DNA of 64,000 nucleotides from Neocallimastix sp. 'constans' (GCA_050613775.1 JBODTK010000013.1:1054001-1118000); one strand, 5' to 3'. Counted from the stretch's first letter, positions 16,017 through 30,509 are shown. Numbers and translations: made by a program. The notes: generated by a model not told the origin, from the sequence alone.

Positions 16017-18371
16017 TTATTCTTCTGTTGTTGAAGCTATTGCATTTTCTGTTTTCTTTGAGGTACTAGATTGTTTGGTTGCCTTCTTTTTATGAGTTTT
16101 CTTAGATGACATAGAAGATTTTGCCTTTAATTTTGGACTTGGCATAAATGATTTCTGTACACCTGGATTAACAAATATTGGTTGGAATTGTTGTGGAAAT
16201 TGTGGAATCATTACAGGAGGCATAGGTTGTATTGGTTGTATTGGTTGCATTACTGGGGTAGTTGGAGCTACCATAACAGCTGGTTGAACTAAAGGACTAG
16301 CAGCTATTATTTGTTGTCCCATAACTGGCATTTGAATAGCTGTTGGTAAAGGCTTAATTTGGTTAACTAATGGAGATGGAATGACTGGAGGTATTAAAGA
16401 AGCATGTTTAGTTACTCTAGTTTTAGATGGAGATCTTGAGAAGGATGACTTTTTAGTTGGCTTAGAAGGACGACTAAGTGAACTTGTTGAACTAGAACGA
16501 GCTATACCTTCCTTAATTGGATTATTTGGTACTTCTGGTTTACCAGATTCATTTTTATTCTTTGATTTTGAATTACTACTACTATTATTACTTGTAGAAT
16601 TGGAAGATACACTATTCGTTTCAATATTTTTAGTAGTTGAACTTACCTTATTGCTACGAATTGAAGCTTTAGAACCCACTCTTTTAATCTTTGGTTTAAC
16701 AATTTCATTCTTAATATCCTTTTTGGTATTCTTTTTATTTTGTCCATTTAACCAAGATTCAACCTTATTTTCTCCACCTTCAATAGTATTTAATGGTAAG
16801 TTATCGTCATCGTCTTCTTCTACTGCTAAATCTTCAGAAGAATCTGAATCAGAATCATCTACATTAATCTTCTTAGATTCAGTTTTTGCTTCAGTTTTTG
16901 TTTCAGTTTTTATTTCAGTATTAGTTTCGGTTTCTTCATCATTACCTCCGTTTTTTTCTTTCTGTTTTTGTTTAATATGTTCAAGGTTTCTTTCACGTAA
17001 CTCCTTTAAAATTTGAGCGGGAGTTTTACCTTTATTATCATTTTCATTGAAACGAGTTTCTGACCTACTTCTTTCTTGGAAGAGTGAAGTTTTCCAAGAA
17101 GGTCTTTCAGGTCTATCATCAAATAAATTAGAAGATGAACTATATTTATCATCAAATCTACTCCTAATATCTTCAAATCTATTTCTATTTTCTTCGAATC
17201 TATTCCTTCTTTCATCATCAAATCTATTTCTTCTTTCGTCATCATTCGTTGAATATTTATTTGAACTTGAAGAACTAGTCCATTTATATGTTGTAGTAGA
17301 TGAATTAGTAGAAGCTGGTGTATATTTACTAGAATAAGTATTATCATTATTACTGCTATATTTACTAGTATAAGTATTATCATTATTACTGCTATATCTA
17401 CTAGTATAAGTATTATCATTGTTACTGCTATATTTACTTGTATAGGTATTATTACTACTACTATATTTACTAGCGTAAGTATCATTACTTCCATATTTAT
17501 TTGTAGAACTATTAGTATTAGTTTTGTACCTATCGCTGTAACTAGTATATGTTGTGCTTGAAAAAAGATCATCCTTCTTATCTTCATTTTGTAAATATCT
17601 TGTATATATAGAATAAGTGTCTTTATCAGAAGTTTTATTTGTAGTTGGACTTGAAGTATAACTACTGTATTTAGACTCATATTTCTTATCTGAGTCACTT
17701 CTTTCACTTCCTAATTTATATACTCTTTTATACGATTCATTGCTTGAATATGTTGAACCAGTTGAATATTTGTTTGAATCATATTTATTTGAATCATATT
17801 TGTTAGAGTCATATTTACCTTTTAATTATATAAAATAAATTTCTATTTAATAATAGTATTTAAAATGAAAAAATAATAATATATAATAATTAAAACTTAT
17901 ATAATTAAAGATTTTTCAAATATTAAAATTAAAATTCGAAATATTAAAATAGTAATTGAAACTAACAAAAACAATATCTTTTCATAATAAACTTAAAATT
18001 ATTATTATAAATTCTTTTTACTTAAAACTATTAATTAGAGTTAAATATATAATTAATTAATTCTTACTTGTTGAAGTATAAGTATTTCTATCGGAATCAG
18101 ATTTTAAAAAGTCATAATCACTAGTAGTTTTAGTTTTATAACTTGAGGTATAGGTAGAAGAACTTTTCTTGTCATCGAAAGTATCTAAAATGTCATCTAA
18201 TAAACTTTTTTTTGCACCAGAACCAGAAGATTCGGAGTAGACAGAACTTGTGGCTTTAGGTGAATTTGGTGTTTCTGATAAATAAGCAACTGGATCAAGT
18301 TCAGATGCATAAGTATGCTTTGTCTTTTTTACATTAGCACTTGAACGTTTAGATTTGAAAAAAAATCCCAT
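16017..18371 (-). CDS. Low-complexity Ser/Thr/Lys/Tyr-rich hypothetical protein, 2 exons: 18371-18068 and 17818-16017 (701 aa)
   Basis: ATG at 18371 (MGFFFKSKRSS), GTAAG donor at 18067, AAAG acceptor at 17819. The phase-1 join is in frame with ORF 16017-16679. Contains internal repeats (KYDSN x3, TYTSKYSSNNDN-like x5), an EEDDDDNLPL motif and a Pro/Gln/Met-rich C-terminal region. No recognisable domain. Confidence 0.8.
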
Positions 18372-21087
18372 TTTATTTAGCTACAGTTTATAATATATTA
18401 TATATAATTAATCTTACAATCTTTTTTATATTTTTGTATTATTTTTATTAAATTGAAAAATTAATTCCTCTTATTTTTATACAAATAGTTACTGGCACTT
18501 TATTATATATTATTAATTTAATTAAGATAAGTAAAAGTATAAATATGGTGATAATAATTATGAATGTTTTTCTTTTTTATTTATTTATTTATTTGTTTGT
18601 TTTAATATAGAATTTTTCTATTTGGTTAAATTGTAATATCTTTCTTTAATTTTACTAATAATAAATATGAAAATTGTTTAATATATATATAAAAGAATGG
18701 ATTATTTAAAAAATTAATATATATAAAAATATATAGTATGTATGAAGTTTATATTAATTCAAAATGGATTTATATAAAATTTTAATTGAAATTTTTAATA
18801 TATATTAATCTGAATTTATATATTATATATATTTCTCTTTCAAAAATATTTGAATTATATTTGTGATAATATAAAATTATAGCACCTTATTATGATTAAA
18901 TATATTTTAATATTTTATATTTTTCTTTTTATATTATTAGTTTTTAGTTTTTTTATTTAAATTTTTAACAATTATATATTACGTATAGACATTATTATTT
19001 TTATTGTTTATCTTTTTTTTTATTTTTACTATTATTTTTGTTATTTTATATATTTTTAGTTTTCATTATTCATTTCTTTACTTTTTCATTTATTTATTTT
19101 TTTTTATTTATTTAAAAATCAATAAATCAATAATTATAGTCAAAATCTATTGATTTTTAAATAATTTAATAAATATTAATTAGGATATAATTTAAAGAAA
19201 AGGAATAAAGAAATTTTTTTATAAATTTATAATAAAAAAAAAGAAAATAATAAAAAAAAATTTTTTTATGAATACTTTTATAAAATAACTTTATTTATTA
19301 AAAAAATTTTATAAGCTAATTTTATTAATAAATTATTATAATAAATAAATAATGTAAAAATTATTAAAAATAATAAATATTTATTTTAATATAATCTAAT
19401 ACTTAATAAAATTATAAATTTTGGCATTAATTCTATATTAATTCCTTTCTTTAAAATATTATTAAGATTTTTTTGTTTTTATAGAGCAAATATTTAATAT
19501 GTTTGTTTTTAATTGACTTTCTTGTTATCCTTATTTAAAAACTTCAATTGAAAATATTTCTTAAAAATAAAAAAATTAAATTTTAATTACAGTATAATTA
19601 TAATATAAAAGATTTCATTTTAAATGAGTATTATATAATGGTTTTATTATTAATTACTACTATTTTTATTATTATTTATAATTTATTATTTATTTTTCAT
19701 TATTTATTATATATTATTTATTATTTATTATTTATTATTTATTATTTATTATTTATTATTTATTATTTATTATTTATTATTTATTATTTATTATTTATTA
19801 TTTATTATTATTATTTATTATTTATTATTTATTATTTATTATTTATTATTTACTATTTATTATTAATTATTTATTATTTATTATTAAGTATTAATTATTT
19901 ATTATTTATTATTTATTATTTATTATTTATTATTTATTATTTATTATTTATTATTTATTATTTATTATTTATTATTTATTATTTATTATTTATTATTTAT
20001 TATTTATTATTTATTATTTATTATTTATTATTTATTATTTATTATTTATTATTTATTATTTATTATTTATTATTTATTATTTATTATTTATCATTTATTA
20101 TTTATTATTTATTATTTATAATTATTTATATTTATATAATTATTTATATAAATTATATATAAATTATTAATATAAATAATAGAATACATATTAATTATTT
20201 ATTTATTCATTATTTATTCATTATTTATTATTATTTATATAAAGTATAAATATAAATAAATACATAATGTTTAATTAAATATATAATTTATTTGCTTATT
20301 CATTTATATTTATGGTTTATTTAGTTATTCGGTTTCACTAAAAATAATTTAAATATAATAAAAACAGTTTAATACTAGAACAATATATTTAGTCAATATA
20401 TTATAATATATTTAAATGTAAATAAAATATAAATAATTTAATTAAATAATTATTATCCGTCTCTATTTAATTAATATTTATTAAATAATATATGTTTTAT
20501 TATTATCTAAAAAGGTAAAATATATTAATTTATAATGCTTTTATAATGTTATTTATATATTAAAATAAAATTTAATGTATTCAATTTCTGAAATAAATAT
20601 CAATACTTATCAACCATATAAAAAAATACTAATGGTAAATATATAAATTTATTTTAATAATATAATATATTATATTAATTATTATATATTTGCCAAACAC
20701 GAATGTCAAATATATTAATATTATATTAATTGTATTATTAGTATATATTACCATAAATTATAAAAATTAAAAAAATTAATCAATAGCATTAGTATATTAA
20801 TATACTGTAATATGCATTATATTATTTAATATAAATAAATATATAATATATTATATAAATATATTTTATTATATATTATTTATATTTAATAAATAATATA
20901 CAAATTAAGTGATTTTAGTTAAAATTATTGAATTATATTTTTTATAAAAACAATTAAAATCAATTATATTAATATATTATAATATATATTATATATAAGA
21001 TTTAAATACAATAAAATAGTAATAGGTAGGTAATAGTTCAGAAATAAAATATAATTTTTATAATATTTAATAATGTTAGAATAGATT

Positions 21088-21231
21088 ATTAATTATTTAA
21101 TATTATTATTCTTAATTCTTTAATCTTTATTTATTAATTATTTAATATTATTATTCTTAATTCTTTAATCTTTATTTATTAATTATTTAATATTATTATT
21201 CTTAATTCTTTAATCTTTATTTATTAATTAT
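21088..21231. repeat. 45-bp tandem repeat x3
   Basis: Unit ATTAATTATTTAATATTATTATTCTTAATTCTTTAATCTTTATTT. Confidence 0.85.
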
Positions 21232-22326
21232 TGCTTATTTATTATTTATTATTTATTATTTATTATTTATTATTTATTATTTATTATTTTATTATTTATT
21301 ATTTATTATTTATTATTTATTATTATTATTTATTTATTATTATTATTTATTATTTATTATTTATTATTTATTATTTATTATTTATTATTATTATTTATTA
21401 TTATTATTTATTATTTATTATTTATTATTTATTATTATTATTTATTATTTATTATTTATTTTTTATTTATTATTAATATAAATAATAGAATAAATATTTA
21501 TTATTTATTTATTCTTTATTTATTTATTATTTATTATTAATTATTTTTATTTTACTATATTCATTCTTTTTTTTTTTTTTTTATTTAAAACCATTACTAC
21601 TATTACAGTTATAATTGTTCTATAATTATTTATATAATTATTTATATTTAATATTATTTTATTATTTTATAGTTTTATTGTTATATTAGTTATTTAGTAC
21701 ACATAAACATTATCATCTTCGTTTTTAATAATAAAAATACCCAGAACAATATTTATTTTTGGTTAAAATTGACATTAGTCTTAAAATATTTTAATTTTTT
21801 AAAATAAAATTTACAAAAAAAATAAATAAAATAAAAAATATATATATACATGTTTAATAGATATTATAATTACATAAAATAGTATAAAATTAAAATATTA
21901 TAATTTAAAAAAGTGTATAGGACATGCATTAAAAATACAAAATAGTTTATAATAAAAAAAAAATAAAATAAAAAATAAGCAGCTACTATTAAATTTTATA
22001 ATATTAACATTATATATTAATTTTTTATATTCTATTTTGAATGTGGATACTTTAGTATTTAATTTAATTTAATTCTATGGAATATAAAAAATAAAAAAAA
22101 TTATATAATATATAAAAAAAAAAATTAATTATAAAAAAAAAAGAAAGATTTTGCTCCTTTTTGTTTTTAAAAATTCAGATCAAACCAACATTACATCAGC
22201 CAATAAAAATAGTGAAAATTTATTATTAATGGATGACTTTTTTTATGTTCTTATATTTTCGTTAAATATATGATTTAATATACATTCCAACTGATTAATA
22301 TATATATATCTTATGTTTTACTCTTC

Positions 22327-22445
22327 TTTTTTCATTTTACTGATATTGTTTGAGAATTCACTAATTTTTTTTCATTTTACTAATATTGTTTGAGAATTCA
22401 CTAATTTTTTTTCATTTTACTAATATTGTTTGAGAATTCACTAAT
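22327..22445. repeat. 40-bp tandem repeat x3
   Basis: Unit TTTTTTCATTTTACT(G/A)ATATTGTTTGAGAATTCACTAATT. Confidence 0.9.
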
Positions 22446-23663
22446 ATAACACCGTTATTTAATGAATAACAATAAAAATAAAAATAGAAAAAGATAATAT
22501 AAAAAATAATAATAATAAAAAGTCTAATGCTAAAATTATAAAAAAATTCTAATTTCTAAATGAATTTTTTTTCAATTATATACATATGATATAATTAGAG
22601 AGTATTACATATTACATATTATATATTACAGCATATATAATATGTAATAAAAAATAAGCAGCTACTATAAAATGTACAGTTTGCACTTTTTATAGTATTA
22701 TCAATAGTAATGCTACAACATATATTTCATTCCATAATATAAAAAAATATCTGTATAATTAAAAATATTATAAATCCATGTTAAAAAATGTATAATATAT
22801 ATATATATATATATTTTTTTTTTCATTTAATTCAATTATAAAATAAATAAATACAATGTATTTAAACGTATTTAAATGTATCAAAGATAATATCCATAAA
22901 AATTAAAAAAAAAAATTTTTTTTTATTAAAAATTATGGCTAAAATAAACTTATATTATTATATCAATTAATAATAAAAAAAAAAAGTTTTTTTTCTATAA
23001 TATCGTATTACTATATTATACTATATATTAAATAGATAATTTTTGAATAAATTTATATTTATTATAAAAATTTTTTCATTTTATTTATTTTTATATATAT
23101 ATATTTTTTTAAGAGTTTTTTTTTTTATAACAAAAAGGAGCCAAGAAGAAATTATATTATAAAAATTATTTATAAATATTATATATTATAATATATTTAA
23201 TGCATACAAGTCTTATTTCTTAATATAGATGATTGGATTATAAAAAAAAAAAAAAAAGGAAAAAAAAGCTTAAGAATCAGAAAATTGAAATATAAAAAAA
23301 TCTATTTTTTTTTTAATTTAAAAAAATCTTCTAAAATTAATAATTACTAGGAAATCGAAAAAATTGGAATTTAATTAATTTATGTATAAAAAATATTAAT
23401 CAATAAAAAATAACACGTTTAAATATGTAATGAAGGAACAATAAAAATTAAATTTTCAAATATTTATATATATATTAATTATGTATTAAATAAATCTATA
23501 TATATAAATTATTATGAACTTGTATAAAACTAAAATATGGGAATAAATGTTATATTAAAAAAAAACCTTATTTATTATAAATTTAAAAATATTTTTTAAA
23601 AATAATTAAATTTTTTTTTTTTTTTTTTTTTTTTGAATCTAAAATTCGTACGAAAAACTGTTC

Positions 23664-23696
<33 letters not shown>

Positions 23697-24482
23697 TCAT
23701 CATTAAGAATATAATTATTTATTATCAAATGTTGTAATTATTAAACTACATGATTCACTACTTTATTGTATCATATTACAATTATTAATATTATAATCTA
23801 ATGTATCTTATTTAATATTTTTAATTAGATAAAATAACTTAAAAAGGAATTATCATTAATATCATGTAAAACTTTAAAATAAAAGAATTCTTTAAATATT
23901 ATAATTAATTAAAAATAATAATCAATTATAATATAATTAAAATTAATAAAATATATATATATTATAAAAAATAAAAGAATGGTTAATATAAACAAATCTT
24001 TAAATTCATTCATTAATAAAAGTATAAATAATTAGTAATTAATAATTAATGAAGATATTATTAATTATTAAAAAAAGTGAATATTCCATAATCAAAGTTT
24101 TAAAAATTGTGTAATAAAATTTTTTTTTAAAGGTTGGTTATAGAAATATAAAAAATACGAATTAACTTTTATATATATTTAATTACAATATTTTTAATAA
24201 CTTTTAACATTCATGCATATATATTTATTTATTACAAATATAATATTGTATCTATATATTTTATTAAATACAATCTTGCTATTCATATATTATAAATATT
24301 ATTAACATTTTATTCTTTTATTCTTTTTTTTTTAAAAAAAAATAAAAAAATAAGTAAATAAAAAAAAAAAGTTCAATAATTTATTTCCTTTTTATTATTA
24401 AATATTAAATATTTGATATAATTATTTAAAGATAAATTAATAGATTAGGTACATTAAATTTACTATTTATGTACATATTTGG

Positions 24483-24519
<37 letters not shown>

Positions 24520-25311
24520 TCTATTTACAATGAACTACTGTAAATTTATACCATTTCATTATTAACTTGAAAAGTTTAAATATATATATAATATTATTAT
24601 TATTAATTAATTTTAATAAATATAAAAAACTATTTAAAAAAAAAAAAAAAAAAAAAAAGAAAGGTAAAATGACATTTTTAAATATCAAACAATTTATCAA
24701 ATATAATGTGTCATTAATATATAATAATAATGAAATATGGAAATAAGAAAAAATTATTTTTTTTTATTTTACCCACAATAATTATTTTGATGTATTATTA
24801 TAAAATAAAGATAAAATTACATCATTATATTATTTAAATATTTATTTATTTTATACATTAATTAAATAGTTAATTTGGTTATAAATAATTTATTATGAAG
24901 TAAAGAAAAATAATTTAAATATCAGAAAATGTATAAATTTAGTGATGATTATATAGGTTTAATTTTAAATTAATTATAAAAAAAAATAGATTTTACATCA
25001 ATGGAAAAATGAGGCTGAAATTTTAAAAATTAAAATTAATATAAAATAGTATTTAATATCAATAAAAGGTCATAATAATAATTAATTGAATTAGTATTTA
25101 TTTATTATTATTTAGGAATTATTATCTAATAGAATATTAATAATAATAATTAAAAATTGGATATTTATTGTATCAGAGATTCATTTAAGGATTATTATTC
25201 TTTGTTAATTTTAAATTTTATTTTAAATTATATATAAATGTTAAATATAAAAAAAAAGAAAAAAAAGATAAATATTAAAAATAATACAAAAATAATATAT
25301 ATGTAATCTAA

Positions 25312-25351
25312 TTAATTTACATCATAATATTAATATTATGATGTAAATTAA
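25312..25351. repeat. 40-bp perfect palindrome
   Basis: TTAATTTACATCATAATATTAATATTATGATGTAAATTAA is its own reverse complement. Confidence 0.9.
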
Positions 25352-25512
25352 AGTATAACTAATAAATTACTAATTAAATTTGCTAAACTTATTATTAAAC
25401 TAAATAAATAATAAATAAATAATAAAATAATAAATAAATAAAATATTATTCCAGGAAATTCAATCAAATCATTCTAGGGTTATTTTTTTAAATGGCGTAG
25501 CAAATTTAAAAA

Positions 25513-25546
<34 letters not shown>

Positions 25547-26419
25547 AATACTATATTTTAAAAAATTTAATCAAAATTAGATTTATGTTTAATATTTAAT
25601 ATTTAAATATTTAATATCAAATTATCTAATAATTAAAACTTAAATTTGTAATATATTTAATTATTATTTTTATTTATTTATTTATTTATTTTTTTTTTTT
25701 TTTGTATTTTTTTTTTTTTTTAAAAAAATTAAATTAATTTTATTTTTTTAGAATATACAACATGTGGTAAAAAAATAATTTAAAATATTGATAATTTTTT
25801 CATAACGGCATACCGTATTTCAAAAACAATAATATATATCAAATATGCCAAAAAAATATATCAAATATTTTTATATTTTTATTAACAAAATATTAATAAC
25901 AATATTATTTAAAAAATATTAAAAGTCTAAAACAAACAAACAAAAAAAAAAGGTATTTAAATGAACCTATAAAAAAAAAATTTTTTTTTATTAAGTGAAA
26001 AAAAAATATATTGTTTTATATATAAATAATTTTCATAATTACATTGATAGATAAATATTTTATTATTATTCTTATCTATTGAATTTTATTTTAATAATAA
26101 TTTTAAATAGCTTTATATTTAACAACTTTTATCATTCCAATGATTCATTATATTATGGTAGAACAAAAATTTAATTTTTAAATTATTTATTTGTATATTT
26201 AAAAAAAAAAAAAAAAAATAGTTGATTTTAAAAGATAAAATAGTAAATCAAAATTGTTATTTTATTAAAAAAAAAAAAAACTTATTTTTAAATATAAATA
26301 TTTATTTCTAGGAGCAAATTATTACAAATAATAATTACTATAGAGTTTACGTTAAATAATAAAATATTTATAATAATTATATTAGTATATTAGATAAAAA
26401 ATCTTTAAGAAAAAAAAAG

Positions 26420-26980
26420 GAATAATTCCATAGAAGTGTATGACATGAGAAAAGACCTACACAATTGGAAAACTAGTCCAGAAAAATAAACTACCAAGAT
26501 TAGCCATAGTCATATGAATTGTAGAAGGAACTGTAATTTCTTCAAAATTTCTTATTATTTGAAGTATTCAATATATCATGTGGAACATTAGTATGAATAT
26601 AATATAGCATATATGAAGTGTATACAATAAAAAATAAATGATATTACCTTTAGCAATATCCCAAAGAAGGAAACTACCAGTAAATAAAGATGATTTACAT
26701 TTATTCATTTTGAATTATGTTTATCAACGAAAGCAAATACAATTGGTTCTCAAATGGCATCAATGAAACGAACAACAAACATAAATATAGAAGAAATAGC
26801 TGTAGAATTTAAAGGATTATTGCCTAAAATATAGACATTGCTATAAAAGAAACCAAGGAATTCAATATGATAAATGAAATTTTGAATCATATCACAATCA
26901 CAGCAACCTATTCTTTGTAACAAATTAAGTTTTAATTAAGTTTTAGAGAATCTCTTGGATTCTGAATCAGTTGTTGAAAG
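26420..26980 (-). pseudogene. GPH-family (MelB-like) sugar:cation symporter pseudogene, N-terminal part
   Basis: Minus strand: ESKRFSKT*LKLNLLQRIGCCDCDMIQNFIY...FFYSNVY...MFVVRFIDAI*EPIVFAFVDKHNSK*, then after frameshifts TNVPHDILN and RNFEEITVPSTIHMTMANLG. These match GPH motifs (G.GD..QN.IY; FFY.NVY; R..DA.WDP.VG..VD; NVPY..L; R..MAN.G). Absent from the ORF track. Confidence 0.8.
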
Positions 26981-27066
26981 TATTATATAATTAGCTTAAA
27001 CTAATATATATTATAAATAATTATTTTTTACTTATATTTATTTAATGTGATAAATAATTTTATTAC

Positions 27067-27334
27067 TGTTAAATATAACACTTAAAAACAAAAATGATAT
27101 TTATATTTTATTATGTGTTTATTTATTTATTTTATTACTTTTTACATTAAGAAAGACTTTCTTCATTTAAGAATATGTAATGACATGTTATTTATAATTA
27201 TTTTTTATATTAGTCTAACATTATTGGTAACATTTAACTTTACACTGAATTATATTATCGAATAAAAATATTTTACACTTAATAATGTAGTATAATATAC
27301 AACTTAATTAAACACATAACTGTGATATTTAACA
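27067..27334 (-). repeat. 3' LTR of the copia element (268 bp)
   Basis: TGTTAAATAT...ATATTTAACA 10-bp terminal inverted repeat; homologous to 29866-30129. Confidence 0.92.
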
Positions 27335-29865
27335 TTCCCACTACATTGGCATTTTCTACATTTTCATGATGAAATTGGTAAAGTATTTAAGTTTGGTTTC
27401 AGAAATACTTTTGGTTGATGGATCTACCATCATTGAGTTAGAACCAATGAGTGTTAATTTAATTTTATTTCTTTAAAATTTCATTTTGAACATATTTGTA
27501 TTTTATATCAATATATTTGCATTGTCCCTTTTGGTTTTCATTTTCAGCTATATCTTTACATGGTTTATTATCTATTCTAATATTAATTCTAATATTTATG
27601 TTGAATATTTCATTCACTAATCTTCTAATTCATATTGCTTATTTGGTACATTCTATTAAGCTTGAGTATTCGGCTTCCGTGGTTGATAATGCTATATTTT
27701 TTCTGAGTAATTGATTTCCATGATATTGGACTATTTCTTAATACAAAAATAAATCCTGAAGTGGATCTTTTTTTAATCTCATCACCAGCGAAATCTGCAT
27801 CACAATAAGCTCTTAAAATTTTCTTTTCATTATAATGAATTGAATAGTTCTTTGTAATTTTAAGGTATTTTAATATTTGAATACATGCATTCAAATAAGC
27901 CTTTGTTGGATTCTCAGAGAATCTTGCAGCTTGATTTTACTGTAAATGCTATATCTGGTCTTGTTTTTTGTTGATATATATAATAGAGATCCAATCAATC
28001 TTTTATAATCAGTTTTGTTAATTATCTTCTAGTTACTTTTAGTATTGTTTATATTATAGTGAGCATTTTTTCAATATAATCTTTTTTGATTAATTTTGTA
28101 GCCTTTATTTGTTTTAATTATATTAATTTCGATGATTTTGTATGGTGTTTTATCTGTGGAAACTTTGTACTTGTGTTTTATCTCTTTGAAACAACTTTGG
28201 TAATTTCTTTATTTTCTCCTGCAATTAATATATCACCAACATAGAGTGTTAGTAATAATCATAATTTATTATTTTTATATTTACCAAATTAACAACTATC
28301 TGTATTATATTGAATTAACATAATTTTCATAAGAAAGCAGGAGATTTCGTAAAACTATTGTCTTCCAGCTTGTTTGAGTCTATAGAGAGCCTTTTGAAAT
28401 AATACAAATTTTCGGCAATTGAAGTATTTATCACCGATTAGAATTTGAACATAAATTTTCTCATCTAGATTAGTATTCAAAAATGCGACTTTAATATTGA
28501 TTTGTCGTAAATCTCATTTATATATTAATGCAATAGCAATTTTTTTTTGCTAATCTAAAACTATCCATTTCTATTGTAGGAGAATAGGTACAAGTATAAT
28601 CAACTCCTTTAATTTGTCAAAAACCTTTGACGACAAATCTTGCTTTTTATATACCATTATTTTTAATAGTAAAAATAGTAAAAACCCATTTAACATTGAG
28701 TGATTTAACGTCTTCTAGGATATTTTTGTTTTCCACAATTTTCATAGCATTATTTCCATTTAAGTTTTGTAATTCTTTGTTTATTGTATCTTTCCATTTG
28801 TCCGTATTTTCTGAATTCATAGCTTCTTTATAATTCTTTTCTCCCCTATAGTTATTATTTGGTGAATTTGATGGGTTGATAAAAACGGTAATCAGTAGTG
28901 TGCTCATTTTTATGGTAATATTGGTAGTATTTGTTGAAATTTGTTTCTTTATTGAAATTATATGGAAGTTTCCCATTTCGGACTCTGTTAATTTGATTTT
29001 CGTGTTAATATACTTCTTTGATTTCTACTCTTTTAGTACTTTTACTTTTCTTGATTATAGTACTAAGTTTTTTTATGTCTTCTTTTAAATCTTTAAATGT
29101 CTTTTCAACATATAGAAATGTAAATGAATATGCAATATTGACTCATTTTAATTCCTCTAAAGAATATAAAAATTTTGTTTATTTACTTAGTTCTGGTTTA
29201 CTTTGTAATTTTGCCTCGTTATTGTATTCTATAAATAACGAATTAAGATTATCTTAGTACAGCTTAAAGTCATCAGTTTTTTCAATTTTTTAATTTCTTT
29301 ATTTTCATTTCAATTTCAAGTAGTCTGAATGGGACTGTTTCTGAAAATCTTTCTTTTAATTCATTTATCATTAAGTATACACTTGTGCAGTTATTTAATA
29401 AAATTTTTGTATATTCGTCGAGGCTGTTCAATATTATAATCCTGACTATGCTATCATATTTTAAATGTTTTTTTATTGATGTTTATATCTTTAATATTCT
29501 TTGATATATAATCACCTAATTCTTCAGAATCAAGGAATAATTTTAAGTCTGAATATCATTTGTGGAAGTTTTCATTTGTAATTTTAAAATTTCGAATATG
29601 AAATTTATTAATTGTATTTGTTTGAATATTTGGAGGTTCTACTTCAACAGGAGCATCAATAATTGTTGTAATTGATGTATTTATTGCCTTTGCTGTCTTT
29701 ATTGAAGTTTTTGAAGAACTTCCCGTAGTTGTTGAATTTTCTGATTTAGTCATTTTAATTGTGACTGCTAATATTTCTTTATTTTAATATTTAATGAATA
29801 TTTAATATCTAATATATTGAATTTTGATATTAAAAATTGATTATGAATTATTGAGACTCTTAATC

Positions 29866-30129
29866 TGTTATATATAACACTTAAAATCAGAAATGATATT
29901 TATATTTTATTATGTATTTATTTATTTATTTATTTATTTTATTGCTTTTACATTAAGAAAGACCTTCTTCATTTAAGAACATGACATTACATGTTATTTA
30001 TTATTATTTTCTAACATTATTAGTAACATTTAGGTAACACTACATTATATTAAGGAATAAAAATATTTCACACTTAGTAATGTAGTATAATATACAATGT
30101 AATCAAATACATAACTGTAATATTTAACA
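29866..30129 (-). repeat. 5' LTR of the copia element (264 bp)
   Basis: TGTTATATAT...ATATTTAACA; followed on the minus strand by a possible degenerate PBS (GATTAAGAGTCTCA) and gag. Confidence 0.92.
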
Positions 30130-30464
30130 ATTACTATTATTTATTTTTAAATTTTTTTTACTATTAAAAATTAGTAAATCAATTAATTATTAATAAGTAT
30201 TTTTTTTTTTAAAAAAAAAAAAGGCATTATATTTATAGGTTTATATTAAAATTTAATTTTAATAATAAAAAATAAAAAAAATGGAATACAGGAAAAAAAA
30301 AAATAATGATAACAATATTATGATAAAATAAATAATAAATGATAGAATTAAATAAAAATAACAATAAAAAGTAGTAACAAAAATAAAATAAAAAAAGGTC
30401 AAAATAAAAAAAAAATATTTATAGAAGCATTACAATATTATAAAAAATAAAAAATAAAATAAAT

Positions 30465-30496
<32 letters not shown>

Positions 30497-30509
30497 AAAA
30501 AGAAAAAAA

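Larger units (their letters stand above)
27067..30129 (-). mobile_element. Ty1/copia LTR retrotransposon, degenerate and internally deleted, with 5-bp TSD ATTAC
   Basis: TG...CA direct-repeat LTRs at 27067-27334 and 29866-30129; ATTAC at 27062-27066 and 30130-30134. Minus-strand copia RT and RNase H fragments: YKEAMNSENTDKWKDTINKEL...VKWVF, LKQAGRQ*F, YVGDILIAG, AYCDADFAGD...RSTSGFIF...PISWKS. Gag-like start at 29753. Short purine tract AGTGGGAA next to the 3' LTR. Confidence 0.93.

Noticed and set aside
16381..17707. ORFs 16381-17016 (+), 17047-17337 (+) and 17006-17707 (-)
   Set aside because: Antisense or alternative-frame shadows of the spliced minus-strand gene.
22327..22445. Short 40-45 bp repeats as a CRISPR array (also 21088-21231 and 30510-30890)
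   Set aside because: Head-to-tail repeats without unique spacers, eukaryotic context, no cas genes.
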